This document shows, piece by piece, positions 39,170-48,220 of a stretch of 64,000 nucleotides of DNA. The DNA is taken from assembly GCA_963711565.1 (NCBI GenBank), contig CAVQEQ010000001.1, positions 960,001-1,024,000 of the forward strand. Reading direction: 5' to 3'. The stretch's first letter is position 1. Each line of letters opens with the position of its first letter. Source of the DNA: an uncultured delta proteobacterium. Lineage in GTDB: Bacteria; Desulfobacterota; Binatia; Binatales; Binataceae. The translations under genes and the position numbers were made by a program. The notes under the pieces are model-generated. The model ran no database searches. It was given only the letters and a program-made list of their open reading frames with translations, and had not been told where the DNA came from.

Positions 39170-39245
39170 AGCGCCTACTCTCTTACGCTTTTTCGCGAAG
39201 AGCATCCAGCGGGGCTAGGGGGGAAGGGCAAATCACTTAATCAAA

Positions 39246-39303
39246 TGCGGAACCCACCGTGGGTTCCGCACCTCCTTGGGCAGGGGTGACCCCTGCACCC
39301 AGT
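39246..39303 (-). repeat. 58-bp double-hairpin repeat, copy 2
   Basis: Reverse complement matches 2249-2306 with compensatory changes in stem 2. Confidence 0.8.
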
Positions 39304-39310
39304 GTTTTTG

Positions 39311-39406
39311 TGTCATTCAGAGCGAAGCGAAGAATCCCGGCTCTTTACCTCTCCCCTCGTCGGGAGAGGTCGTCCACCGACATTTATGTCGGCGGACGGG
39401 TGAGGG
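39311..39406. repeat. Two further REP-like units (TGTCATTCAGAGCGAAGCGAAGAATC half unit; CCTCTCCC..GGGAGAGG..GGGTGAGGG unit)
   Basis: First resembles the arms at 47919-48151; second resembles 1366-1415. Confidence 0.65.
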
Positions 39407-39485
39407 CGCCAGCATCGAGCCGAATGCGCATGGGCATTCTCCCTCGGCGAACACTGTATCTTTATTAACCGGGGCAACGTCCTAA

Positions 39486-39502
39486 TAGTTACGGTATAAC
39501 TA
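39486..39502. promoter_or_regulatory. Candidate operator TAGTTA-N5-TAACTA upstream of the VWA/kinase locus
   Basis: Perfect 6-bp inverted repeat overlapping a TATAAC -10-like hexamer, about 100 bp before the VWA start. Confidence 0.35.
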
Positions 39503-39600
39503 CCGAAGGGCTTGGTTTACCCATGTGCGGTTCGTATTCTAATTGGTCGGTTGCCAAGGCTCGCAGCTTGAATCTACAATCAGTGCCGGGAGATTGACGA

Positions 39601-40911
39601 ATGGCCGATCCGCTTAGCTTCGAGGCGCTGGCGAGCAGCGAACATGTGCTCTCCAGCGCGGAAAACTTCGTACTCTATGTCCTTCTCGAGGCTGTCGCCC
39701 GCAGCTCCGGTGGCCCCGGCGGCGGTAGCCGGCTGCCGCTCAACCTGGGCGTGGTTATCGATCGCTCGGGCTCGATGTACGACGAGCGCCGCCTCGAATT
39801 CGTCATCGAAGCGGTCAAGTTCCTCGCCGACAACCTGACGGCGGACGACAAGGTCTCGATCGTCGCGTTTGCCGACAAGGCCAAAGTGTTGATCACGCCC
39901 GAGGCCGCCCGCGACAAGGGCGCGGTCAAACGGGCGATTGACGATATCGACCTGCTCGAAATTGGCGGCGGCACGCAGATGGCGCTTGGGATGAAGGCGG
40001 CGATCGACGAGGTCAAGAAAAATCTTAATCCCGATCGGCTCAATCGGGTGCTCGTGCTCACCGACGGCCAGACCTACGAAGAGACCGCGTGCCTCGATCT
40101 GGTCGAGAAAAATCGCGGCGAAATTTCGTTCTCGACGATGGGCGTCGGCGTCGAGTTCAACGAGAAACTCCTGCAGCGCCTCGCGCAGGACTCCAACGGC
40201 AAATATCATTTCATCGGTGACCCCGCCGAGATTCCGAGTATCTTCGAAGACGAGCTCGAGGGACTGCGCTCGGTCAGCCTGCGCAACGGTCGAATCGAGG
40301 TGACGCTGTCGCAAGGCGTGCAGGTGCGCGAGGCATTTCGCGCGTCGCCCGAAATTTATGTGCTCGGCACGCCGCTGGTCGGCGAGGATCGCAAAATCGG
40401 CTACGAGATTGGCGACCTCCAGGCCGGCGTACCCGGCTCGGTGCTGCTGACGCTGGTGCTGCCGCCGCGCAATCCGGGACGGGTCAGAATTCTGCAAAGC
40501 ACGTTTCACTACGAAGTCCCGGGCGGCGCCGAGAACACCGTGTCATGCGACTTGACCTGCGACTACACGCTCGATCGCACGCTGACCAGCAGGCGCAATG
40601 GCCGCGTGATGAACTTGGTCAACCAGGTCTCGATCGCCAAGCTGCAGGCGAAGGCGGAAGAGGAGTTGAAGGCTGGCAACATCGATCGCGCGACCCGGCT
40701 GCTCGGCAACGCGCTGCAAGGCACGCAGCGGATGGGCAACGTCAAGGCGACGCAGGCGCTGTCGGGACTGATTGATCAGATCAAGAAGACGCAGACGCTG
40801 CAGACCAAGGCGGCCAAGACCACGCTGCTGCAGGCGCAGGCGGTGGTGCGCAAGACCCAGATGCTCGATCCGGAAGCGTTGAAAGAATTCCAGAACAAAA
40901 ACGGAAAATGA
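39601..40911 (+). CDS. VWA-domain protein (MIDAS intact) with Ig-like and helical C-terminal regions
   Basis: LNL..VIDRSGSM, GGT, LTDG, GVG.EFNE.LL. Confidence 0.92.
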   Translation: MADPLSFEALASSEHVLSSAENFVLYVLLEAVARSSGGPGGGSRLPLNLGVVIDRSGSMYDERRLEFVIEAVKFLADNLTADDKVSIVAFADKAKVLITPEAARDKGAVKRAIDDIDLLEIGGGTQMALGMKAAIDEVKKNLNPDRLNRVLVLTDGQTYEETACLDLVEKNRGEISFSTMGVGVEFNEKLLQRLAQDSNGKYHFIGDPAEIPSIFEDELEGLRSVSLRNGRIEVTLSQGVQVREAFRASPEIYVLGTPLVGEDRKIGYEIGDLQAGVPGSVLLTLVLPPRNPGRVRILQSTFHYEVPGGAENTVSCDLTCDYTLDRTLTSRRNGRVMNLVNQVSIAKLQAKAEEELKAGNIDRATRLLGNALQGTQRMGNVKATQALSGLIDQIKKTQTLQTKAAKTTLLQAQAVVRKTQMLDPEALKEFQNKNGK

Positions 40912-40969
40912 TTTATTTGGTGAACGGCACGGGACCGACACTTCGAACTCACTTGCGAGGACTTAGACC

Positions 40970-41608
40970 ATGATCAAATGCGGCGAATGCGGCTACGAAA
41001 ACATGGACGGACTTGACTACTGCGACGGATGCGGCGCGAAGCTCGCGGCCGCCGCCGGTAGTTCCGCCGCGGCTCCGGCTGCTGCGGCTCCTGAACCAGC
41101 GCCCGCCGCTGCTCCTGCTGAAAGTACCGACGGAGCGCCGGCGGCCGAGACTGCGAGCGCCGAGGCGCCCGCCGCTGAAACGCCGAAGTCGGAAGCGCCG
41201 ACCGGCGAGATCAAGCCCGAGGCCGCACCCGAAAGCGCGCCCGCGACCACTGCCGCGGCCGGCGCGCCGTTCAAGGCGAAGCTCTCCGTCGTTCGCGGCG
41301 GTCGCAAAGGCCAGGAGTTCCCGCTCGAAGACGGGAACAACCTGATCGGCCGATGGGACCCCGAGACCGGATCGTTTCCGGAAGTGGATCTCGACGCCGA
41401 CGATCCCGAAGCGAAGATCTCGCGCAAGCATGCGTTGATCCGAATCGACGGCGGCAAGATCACGATCGAGGATATCGGCAGTCTCAACGGCACTTATGTG
41501 AATCGTCAGCCGCGCCTCTCGCCGGGCAGTCCCGCCGAGATCAAGTCGGGCGACGAAGTGATCATCGGGAAAACATTTTTAAAGCTGGTGGTAGAACCGA
41601 TCTCTTGA
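40970..41608 (+). CDS. Zn-ribbon - Ala/Pro/Glu linker - FHA protein
   Basis: CGECG.EN.....CDGCG; IGR, ISRKHA, DIGSLNGTYVN. Confidence 0.93.
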   Translation: MIKCGECGYENMDGLDYCDGCGAKLAAAAGSSAAAPAAAAPEPAPAAAPAESTDGAPAAETASAEAPAAETPKSEAPTGEIKPEAAPESAPATTAAAGAPFKAKLSVVRGGRKGQEFPLEDGNNLIGRWDPETGSFPEVDLDADDPEAKISRKHALIRIDGGKITIEDIGSLNGTYVNRQPRLSPGSPAEIKSGDEVIIGKTFLKLVVEPIS

Positions 41609-41681
41609 GCCGCCATTCCCTCCAATCGCGCCCGGAATTACGCACGGGCGCGGAAGTTGAGGAGGGCTATAGACAATCGCC

Positions 41682-43367
41682 ATGAATGCTGGTGACGAGC
41701 TCACCGAGGGCCATCTTCTCGACGGTCGCTACCGCGTCAAGAAGGTCCTTGGCGTCGGCGGGATGGGCCGCGTGTACTTGTCCAACGACACGCGCCTCGC
41801 GAACCGGCCGGTGGCGGTCAAGGAGATGATCGTCGGCGACGGAATCCAGGAGAAAAAAGCGATCGAGGATTTCACCCGCGAGGCCAACGTGCTCGCGCGT
41901 TTATCCCATCCGGGAATTCCGACGCTGATCGATCACTTCGCCGAGAACTCGCGCCAATACCTCGTGATGGAATTTGTCGCGGGCGGCGATTTGCAGGGCG
42001 TGCTCGACAAGCTGGGGCCCAAGGGCAAAGTCGCCGAGGATCGGGTGCTGCGATGGGCGCGACAGATGCTCGACGTGCTCGATTTTCTGCACGGGCAAAA
42101 GCCGTCGATAATTTACCGCGACCTCAAGCCCGGCAATATTATGATCGACAAGGACGGCCGCGCGATGCTGATCGATTTCGGTATCGCGCGCTTCCTGCCG
42201 CCCGGCGGACGCGGCACGCAGATCGGTTCGGTCGGCTACGCTCCGCCCGAGCAGTACATGGGCAAGGTCGAGCCGCGCTCGGACCTCTACTCGCTGGCCG
42301 CCACGATGCATCATCTGTTGAGCGGACGCGATCCGCAGCTCGAGCCGCCGTTCAGCTTTCCTCCCCTGCGCGCGCTCGCGCCCGAAGTTTCGACCAGGAC
42401 CGCCGACACCATCATGCGCGCGCTCGAGCAGGACGTGACCAAGCGGCCGGCGTCGGCGAAAGAAATGAAGCGCGCCCTGCCGGAGCCGCCGCCCGAGAAC
42501 CGGTCGGGACAACTCGGTGGCAGCGCGGGACTGGCGAACACGCCGGCCCCCAGCCCGATGTCCACGCAGTCAACGGTGGTGCTGAAAAGTGCGTCGTTGC
42601 CGGCGGCTGTATCAAAACCGGCGGCGCCGGCATCCTCTATGCCGACGATCGTGCTGAACGAGCCGGTCGCGGAAAAAATCAAAGCTGGCAATGCCGGCAG
42701 CACGGCGGCAAAAATGGTAGCGCCGCAAATCAAAAGAGCGATCGAGCTCGGCGGCAAAGCGCGCAGCATAATCGAGCGGCGGCTCAAAGCGCGGATGTCA
42801 TCGGCGTCGAGCGCGGCGTCGAATTCCTCATCGACGGCGAAAACCAGAGAGCTAAAGCCCGCGGTGCCCGCTTCTTCGTACAAATCGCGGCTCGGCTCGA
42901 CCGGCGATTCGGCGCAGGCTGACACAAAATCGCGGACGGGGTCGCGCTCGTTTTCATCGCGCAATTATTCGCCGCCGATTTCGACTGGCCCCGGCTCGAA
43001 CGGACTGTTCGGCAACAATAACAACGGCGCCGTCGAGATCTCCGCCGCGCCGGCCAGGCTGGTCTCGCGCGGCGATGAAATCGAGTTTGGCATCTTCGGA
43101 ATGCGCACCGTGATCGGACGATCGATGGACGCGACCGACAAGCTCGATATTGATCTGAAAAAGCTTGCGCATGGCGGCGAACGCGTATCGCGGCGTCATG
43201 CGGAGATCGTGCTGCGCGGCGCGGACTATTTTATCCGCGATCTCGGCAGCCTGAACGGCACCTATGTCGCGGGACGCGGCAAGCTCGGACGCGACCAGCT
43301 TTTCAAATTGAAAGATCGCGACCAGGTGGTGCTTGGCGGTGCTATATTGCAGTTTCGGAGAGGCTAG
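41682..43367 (+). CDS. Cytoplasmic Hanks-type Ser/Thr kinase with C-terminal FHA domain
   Basis: LGVGGMG.VY, AVKE, YRDLKPGN, DFG, APPE, SDLYSL; FHA IGR/VSRRHA/DLGSLNGT. Confidence 0.95.
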   Translation: MNAGDELTEGHLLDGRYRVKKVLGVGGMGRVYLSNDTRLANRPVAVKEMIVGDGIQEKKAIEDFTREANVLARLSHPGIPTLIDHFAENSRQYLVMEFVAGGDLQGVLDKLGPKGKVAEDRVLRWARQMLDVLDFLHGQKPSIIYRDLKPGNIMIDKDGRAMLIDFGIARFLPPGGRGTQIGSVGYAPPEQYMGKVEPRSDLYSLAATMHHLLSGRDPQLEPPFSFPPLRALAPEVSTRTADTIMRALEQDVTKRPASAKEMKRALPEPPPENRSGQLGGSAGLANTPAPSPMSTQSTVVLKSASLPAAVSKPAAPASSMPTIVLNEPVAEKIKAGNAGSTAAKMVAPQIKRAIELGGKARSIIERRLKARMSSASSAASNSSSTAKTRELKPAVPASSYKSRLGSTGDSAQADTKSRTGSRSFSSRNYSPPISTGPGSNGLFGNNNNGAVEISAAPARLVSRGDEIEFGIFGMRTVIGRSMDATDKLDIDLKKLAHGGERVSRRHAEIVLRGADYFIRDLGSLNGTYVAGRGKLGRDQLFKLKDRDQVVLGGAILQFRRG

Positions 43368-43373
43368 CGGCGC

Positions 43374-45423
43374 ATGATCAAGTGTCCCGAATGCGGCCAG
43401 GAGGCGCCGGACGACGCCAAATTCTGCGATCGATGCGGTCAGGGACTATCCAAGGCGGCATCACCCGCGTATCAATCGATGCCGACGCGGCCGACGCCAC
43501 TGACAGCGGGCATCTCACTCAAAGGCGGTATCGAGATCGTCGCGCTGACGAGTCAGAACGTCGATCGAAAATCGCTATAGTGCGAAGCGCATCCGCGACA
43601 GCAAGACGGAATCGATCGCATTGCGCGAGCGCCTCGGTCCAAATCCGCGTGAAGATGAACTCGAGGAAACGCCCGTCGTCGAGACGCCGACGACGATTCC
43701 GTCGCCTGCCGAAGATCCCAACGGTCCGAGTGCGAAGACAGCGGAACTGAGACCGCCGGCTGCCCAGACCAACGGCGCCGCATCGGCGCCCGCTCACGAG
43801 CATGCTCCGAGTGCGCAGGCGTCGGCGAGCGCGGACGCGTCCGGGGAAGGCGTACAGTCGGTCGAGGCGGATCCAAGTCCGACGGCCACTGCTTTGGCCG
43901 AGGCTGCCGAGAACGCATCTCCCGATGAAGAGAGCGAAGCGGCGGAAGCCGCGGTCGTGGCCGAGACTCAGCAGGATCCCGCGACCGACGATGGCGCGCA
44001 CGACGATGAAGCGCCGATGGTCGGTGAAGATCTTGGCGAGGTCTTCGGGCGCGTGCTCGCGCTGTCGCAGACGATCAGCCATCCCGCGTTTCAGCGCGCG
44101 ACCGAAGGCTTCGCCGAGAACGGGCGCGTGTACCTGGTTTACGCCGACGAGGAACTTAAGCCGCTCCGCCGCGGTTCACAGAAGATGAGCGAGCCGGAAG
44201 CGATCGCGGCCGCCGTACAGGTCTGCCAGGCGATTTCGTTTGCGCATCGCCGCGCGCTGCGGCTCAACGACATCTGCCCGGAATCGGTCGCGGTTGCAAA
44301 AGACGGCCGCATCAAGCTGACGGGGCTCGACTACGTCAGCAACGACAACGAGCTGCAGAGCGAGCCCATTTTCAATGACGGCTACACCGCGCCCGAGATT
44401 TATCGCGGCAAGAAGGTTGACAAGCGGGCCGATATTTTTTCGGCCGGCGCGCTCCTCTACACCTGGCTCACCGGCACGAGGATTCCGAGCGAGAGCTGGC
44501 GCGGGGAGGCGGGACCGGTCCAGTTCTACCCGCCGCACGTCGTCACGCCGCGGCTGGAAAACGCGGTTCGCCGTGCGATCGCTTTTAATCCAGGCGAACG
44601 CTGGGGAACGATCGACGAGTTCAAGGCCGAGCTGATTGCGGTTGGCGCTGCGGTCAGGCTGCGCACGGCCGCGATGACCGACGTTGGGCGGGTGCGCGAG
44701 CATAACGAGGACGCAGTGCTGGCGGTCGATTACGTGCGCGAGTCGTTGCTCGAGCCGGCGCAGAGTCATCTGTACGTTGTCGCGGACGGGATGGGCGGGG
44801 CGGAGGCGGGCGAGATCGCTGCCGCAATTGCCGTCGAAACGATCCGGAGTTACATTGAGTCGCGGCTCGAAACCGCAAGTAGCGATGCTGCCAACGGAGC
44901 GGATATGCTGACCGCCGCACTCGAGGAAGCGAACTCCAAAATTATCGACTACGTCGCCAGCCATCCCGAGTCGCGCGGAATGGGTTCGACCGGTGTCTGC
45001 GCAATCGTCACGCCTGCGGACGCCGCCGTCGCGTGGGTGGGAGACAGCCGCGGGTACCTGATGGAAGGTGCGGCGCTGCGCCAGCTCACGAAGGATCATT
45101 CTCTCGTGCAGCGGCTCGTCGAAATCGGCCAGATAACCGCCGAAGAAGCGCACACGCACGAGCACAAGAACGTAATCACGCGCTCGCTCGGCGCGCGCCA
45201 GAGCGGACCGGCGGGCGCCGAGGCGGTCGCAGTGAAGCTCAAGCGCGGCGACAAGCTGATGCTCTGCAGCGACGGGCTGACGGCGCACGTCATGGATCAT
45301 CAGATCCTCGACATTCTCAGGCGCAATGCGGATCCCTTCGACGCGGCGCGCGAATTAATCGTCGCGGCCAACGCCGGCGGCGGTACCGACAACATTTCAG
45401 TGATCGTAGTCTATGCGAGCTAG
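43374..45423 (+). pseudogene. Zn-ribbon - pseudokinase - PP2C phosphatase, +1 frameshift at ~43557 (probably one gene)
   Basis: CPECG..CDRCG at the start; removing one A at 43557 joins it to the 43621 frame without a stop; degenerate kinase (LNDICPES, GLD, YTAPE); PP2C motifs RxxNED, VADGMGG, GDSR, SDGL, DN. Confidence 0.85.
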
Positions 45424-45447
45424 GCGCGGACGCCGCGCCGGTTTTTT
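45423..45447 (+). terminator. Possible intrinsic terminator between the PP2C gene and the receptor kinase
   Basis: GGCGCGG-ACG-CCGCGCC hairpin followed by GG-TTTTTT. Confidence 0.45.
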
Positions 45448-45459
45448 GACGGATTAACG

Positions 45460-47844
45460 ATGGCAACCTCGCCCAAAGACGCGCCGCAGCCGAACACGGG
45501 ACCGCTTGAAGCGGGCACTGTGCTGCAGGGCCGCTACCAGATCCAACGGCTGCTCGGCGGCGGCGGGATGGGCATGGTTTATCTTGCCCACGACCAGCGC
45601 CTGGCGAATCGTCCGTGCGCGATCAAAGAGATGGTCGATCACTTTATCGACCAGGCGCAGCGCATCGAGGCCAACGAATATTTCGCGCGCGAAGCCGACA
45701 CCCTCGCCCAACTGAAGCATCAGGCGATTCCCGCTATCACCGACCGCTTCGAGCTCGCCAATCGCCATTACCTCGTGATGGAGTACGTCGAGGGCCGCAA
45801 CCTCGAGGAGGAACTCGCCGTGCGCGGCGAGCCGCTGCCCGAGGGCCTCGTGATCGATATCGCGCGCCAGTTGTGCGACGTGCTCGTGTACCTGCACGGG
45901 CTGGTGCCGCCGATCATCTACCGCGACATGAAGCCGTCCAACGTGATGCTCAATTCGAACGGGCGGGTCGTGCTGGTGGACTTCGGAATCGCGCGGCTGT
46001 TCAAGGCCGCGCGCAAGGGCACGATGATCGGCACGCTCGGCTTCGCGCCGCCGGAGCAGTACCAGGGTATGGTCGATCCCCGCAGCGACATCTATTCGCT
46101 CGGCGCGACGCTGCATTACGTGCTGACCGGTCGCGATCCCGAAAAATTTCCGCCGTTCAGCTTCCCGCCCGTACGCGACCTGCGCCCGGCCGTGTCGAGC
46201 AACCTGGCCGGCGCGATCGACGCCGCCCTCGCCTACGAGATGGACGGACGGCCCGGGCGCGTCCAGGAATTCCGCGACATGATGCTCTATGGGCGCGGGC
46301 TGTCGTTCGACAGCGGGCGCGTGACCTCGACCAGCGGAACCGGCGGCTTGTCGCAGTACCAGGAACCACTCGAGTTCCAGGACGAGCCGGTCACCTATCG
46401 TAAACCACGGAGCCGCCTCAGCCGCTCGATCGGCCTCGCGATCTTTCTGGTGGTGCTGGCGGGAGCCGCGTTCGGCGGGACCTACCTTTATTCGAGTCCG
46501 CAACTACAGCAGCAGCTCGGACTGAAGCCGCTCTTCGACGGACTGCCGTGGAAGCATGAGGAGTTGCTGGCCAAGGCGCGGGAGAACCCGCTGGAATTCT
46601 CGACGATGACGCTGGCGCTCTCGACCCGCGAGGGCACCGCGCTGGCGGCGCCGCAATCGCAGTTCAACGACACGGATCTGACCAACGCGCGGTATCTCAA
46701 ATGGACCGCAACCTTCAAGAACCTGCTCGCGGGACTCGAAGGGCGCGACGAAAAAGTCGAGGCGCGTTTTTACGATCCCAGTGGGCTGCAGATAGCGACG
46801 AGCGACACCAATATCTTTGTCGGCCCCGCGCAGGATACCGCCGACTTCACCGGCGTGGCGCTGATGCCGACGATGACCGACAAACCGCCCGGCACTTACA
46901 AAATCGCGCTCTACTCGGACGACAAGATGCTGACGCAAGAAAGTTTCATCGTCAATCAGGACACGACCGCGAAGAACGCAGCAGCCGCGGCCGATGCGGC
47001 AGCGGCGGCTGAGGCGAAGGAAGCAGACCGCAAGCGCAAGGAAGACGAGGAACGGATCGCGATGATCGACGAGCGGCGCGCTAAGCCGCTCCAGCTGCGC
47101 GGTATCAACTTTCTAAATACCACCAAGACCGGCACCGCGCTCTCCGGCGCGACCGACTCTTTCGACGTTGCCAAGGTGCTGTTCGTCGGCTGGCAGGTCA
47201 GCTTCGAGAATCGGCTCTACAAGCTCGAGCCGGGCCAGTATCGCGTCAACGCCGCGTATATCGGGCCGGACGGCCGCACGCTCGGCAGTGTCAACGACTA
47301 TCAACCGGTTTCGATGAGCATGAAGACGGTGACGTTCAGCGGACGCGTCGGCAACTCGCGCGGCGGCGCGTTTCTGCCGGGGACCTACACCGTCAACTTT
47401 TATTTGAACGGGCAATATTTCGGCGCCAAGAAATTCGACGTGGTCGCCGACGCCGGCGGCAGTTCGTACGCGACGTATCCGGGCACCAGCGGCGCGATCG
47501 GCAGCACGATGAGCGGCGGCTCAACGTCCTCAGGCAGCATGCTCGGCCCCACGATCGCGACCGGCACTATCAGCGGTCTTCGCAGCGGCGGCAATCCTGA
47601 GATGGAACTGAGACTGCGGCCGCAGCCCAACGGCTTCCTGCACGGCGAACTAGTGATCCATCAGTCGGGCTTTGGGATGACCCCCGTCGAAGGATTCGTG
47701 CGCGGCGACCATCTGCAGTTCCAGGTCCCATACGGCACCGAGACGTATTACTTCGAGGGCCAGCGGAACGCCGATCAGATCAGCGGCACTTTCGAATCGA
47801 CCCCGTCCGGCGAACGCGGCACCTGGGTCACCCAAGCGAACTGA
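45460..47844 (+). CDS. Transmembrane Ser/Thr kinase with a large extracytoplasmic beta-rich region
   Basis: LGGGGMG, AIKE, YRDMKPSN, DFG, APPE; one TM helix (IGLAIFLVVLAGAAFGG); duplicated beta-sandwich repeats. Confidence 0.93.
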   Translation: MATSPKDAPQPNTGPLEAGTVLQGRYQIQRLLGGGGMGMVYLAHDQRLANRPCAIKEMVDHFIDQAQRIEANEYFAREADTLAQLKHQAIPAITDRFELANRHYLVMEYVEGRNLEEELAVRGEPLPEGLVIDIARQLCDVLVYLHGLVPPIIYRDMKPSNVMLNSNGRVVLVDFGIARLFKAARKGTMIGTLGFAPPEQYQGMVDPRSDIYSLGATLHYVLTGRDPEKFPPFSFPPVRDLRPAVSSNLAGAIDAALAYEMDGRPGRVQEFRDMMLYGRGLSFDSGRVTSTSGTGGLSQYQEPLEFQDEPVTYRKPRSRLSRSIGLAIFLVVLAGAAFGGTYLYSSPQLQQQLGLKPLFDGLPWKHEELLAKARENPLEFSTMTLALSTREGTALAAPQSQFNDTDLTNARYLKWTATFKNLLAGLEGRDEKVEARFYDPSGLQIATSDTNIFVGPAQDTADFTGVALMPTMTDKPPGTYKIALYSDDKMLTQESFIVNQDTTAKNAAAAADAAAAAEAKEADRKRKEDEERIAMIDERRAKPLQLRGINFLNTTKTGTALSGATDSFDVAKVLFVGWQVSFENRLYKLEPGQYRVNAAYIGPDGRTLGSVNDYQPVSMSMKTVTFSGRVGNSRGGAFLPGTYTVNFYLNGQYFGAKKFDVVADAGGSSYATYPGTSGAIGSTMSGGSTSSGSMLGPTIATGTISGLRSGGNPEMELRLRPQPNGFLHGELVIHQSGFGMTPVEGFVRGDHLQFQVPYGTETYYFEGQRNADQISGTFESTPSGERGTWVTQAN

Positions 47845-47918
47845 GGCAGGGGTACCCCCTTCGGTCTCGCTCAGATACTGTAATTGTTAGAGGGCACATC
47901 TGCACCGCCGACATCGCT

Positions 47919-48151
47919 TGTCATCCTGACGAAGCGAGCAACGCGAGCGGCAGGAAGGATCTCGGACAGCGGCGCGCAAGCGCCGCCGGTTCCGGTTTTG
48001 GGTTGCTGCATCCGATGAGAGTTCAAAGGGTCCGCGACCACGTCAACAAAAGGAGCGCTGCGCGATCTCAGAAACCGGTGCCGGCTTCGCGTGCGCGAAG
48101 CTGTCCGAGATCCTTCCTGCCGCTCGCGTTGCTCGCTCTGTCAGGATGACA
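47919..48151. repeat. Long inverted-repeat element (about 52-bp arms; REPIN/MITE-like)
   Basis: TGTCATCCTGAC..GCGAGCAACGCGAGCGGCAGGAAGGATCTCGGACAGC at 47919-47970 and its near-perfect complement at 48100-48151. Confidence 0.85.
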
Positions 48152-48220
48152 GAAGCGGCACATCCGCGCGGAATTAGCGCTTGAACCTGACTCATGCACG
48201 CGCAATGCTGACGATTGTAC

